DNA of 64,000 nt from positions 82,988 through 146,987 of the forward strand of contig JAKLFF010000002.1 of NCBI GenBank assembly GCA_022711335.1. The letters are read 5' to 3'. This document shows positions 63,585 to 64,000 of this stretch, in pieces (the stretch's first letter is position 1; each line of letters begins with the position of its first letter). The position numbers were made by a program, and so were the translations under genes. Below the pieces are notes generated by a model, which did no database searches, was not told the DNA's origin, and saw nothing but the letters and a program-made list of their open reading frames with translations. Source of the DNA: Patescibacteria group bacterium (lineage in GTDB: Bacteria; Patescibacteriota; Minisyncoccia; Moranbacterales; UBA2206).

Positions 63585-64000
63585 TTATCTCATTTTTTGC
63601 CGACTATCAAATAAATCTCTGGCCGTGTTCCATAGTTCCGGATATCCTTGATTGATTCTCAGCCAATACCACCATTCCGCTCCCCAAAGATAAATTTCAG
63701 GAAAACCTGCCTTTCTGGCAAATGAAACGTTGTTCCTAAGCTTCTCGGCATCCATGGATTTGAATTGTTCATCCAGCGGTTGCTCTGTGGTATACCCGGA
63801 AATCCACGGTTCTCCCTGAAGCTCGATAACTATGTTATTTTCCTGATGAGCCAGAATTTTATTGAAATATGCTTTGAACTGAAAAAAACGTGGCCCAATC
63901 GGGTAATCAAAATATCCCAGTCCTTTTTTGTATATTGTCCGATACATTGTCGTTCCAAATACATCTGCTCGCGATGCGGCGCGCACCCAAAGACTGAGCT
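63585..64000 (-). CDS. Hypothetical protein, possibly N-terminally truncated by the window edge
   Basis: An ORF of at least 133 aa (..EIYLWGAEWWYWLRINQGYPELW..). The frame stays open up to the window end. Confidence 0.35.
   Translation of the reverse strand, partial: LSLWVRAASRADVFGTTMYRTIYKKGLGYFDYPIGPRFFQFKAYFNKILAHQENNIVIELQGEPWISGYTTEQPLDEQFKSMDAEKLRNNVSFARKAGFPEIYLWGAEWWYWLRINQGYPELWNTARDLFDSRQKMR

Overview
Low-GC bacterial window of about 64 kb, compact and mostly minus-strand coding. Its content is CPR/Patescibacteria-like, which is an inference from composition and gene content. Coordinates were hand-counted and carry +/-1-3 nt uncertainty.

Gene content I can support:
- Chaperonins: groES and partial groEL.
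- Seven tRNAs: Ser-GCT, Arg-GCG, Glu-TTC, Lys-CTT, Arg-TCT, His-GTG, Arg-TCG.
- smpB followed by a tmRNA gene.
- Translation and ribosome genes: rpsF-ssb-rpsR-efp and infC-rpmI-rplT.
- A dense nucleotide-excision-repair / SOS block: recG, then uvrA-uvrC-uvrA2-lexA-...-uvrB.
- A type IV pilus locus on the minus strand: histidine kinase, receiver, pilB, pilC, two large pilins, a PilX-like 542-aa protein, pilM, pilN and a PilO-like gene, with a separate small major-pilin candidate elsewhere.
- An ECF sigma factor followed by a membrane protein I read as a candidate anti-sigma factor, with a PrsW-like protease nearby.
- Housekeeping genes: murI, tsaD, trpS, rnj, ychF, secG, a family-5 substrate-binding protein, PGI/PMI, PMM/PGM and a GDP-mannose pyrophosphorylase-like gene.

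What I consider most novel is a layer of small repeat elements that the gene list does not explain:
1. A 127-141 bp inverted-repeat element family with 20-bp terminal inverted repeats and perfect 4-bp target duplications. Each of its three copies sits exactly on a start codon (glycosyltransferase, a hypothetical gene, trpS).
2. Several hairpin-rich repeat families inserted in-frame into DNA-repair coding sequences. A 55-bp element occurs twice in uvrC and once in uvrA2. A 32-bp palindrome occurs in recG and again upstream of uvrA2 next to a duplicated pseudo-start. A 113-bp element sits inside uvrB and has a relative just downstream. These resemble Rickettsia palindromic elements.
3. A tRNA-Glu locus in which the intact gene is flanked by a 5'-half copy and a 3'-half copy, both carrying a 30-nt double-hairpin insertion inside the anticodon. 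66-bp direct repeats of the 3'-half copy bound a 1.1-kb segment carrying a single hypothetical gene.
4. A tRNA 5'-half fragment fused to a 28-bp perfect palindrome beside tRNA-Arg, with relatives of that palindrome at three other intergenic sites.
5. A motif triplicated in the three rpsF/ssb/rpsR/efp intergenic spacers, and direct heptad repeats flanking the lexA module.

I found no CRISPR array, no rRNA and no recognisable transposase or integrase gene.
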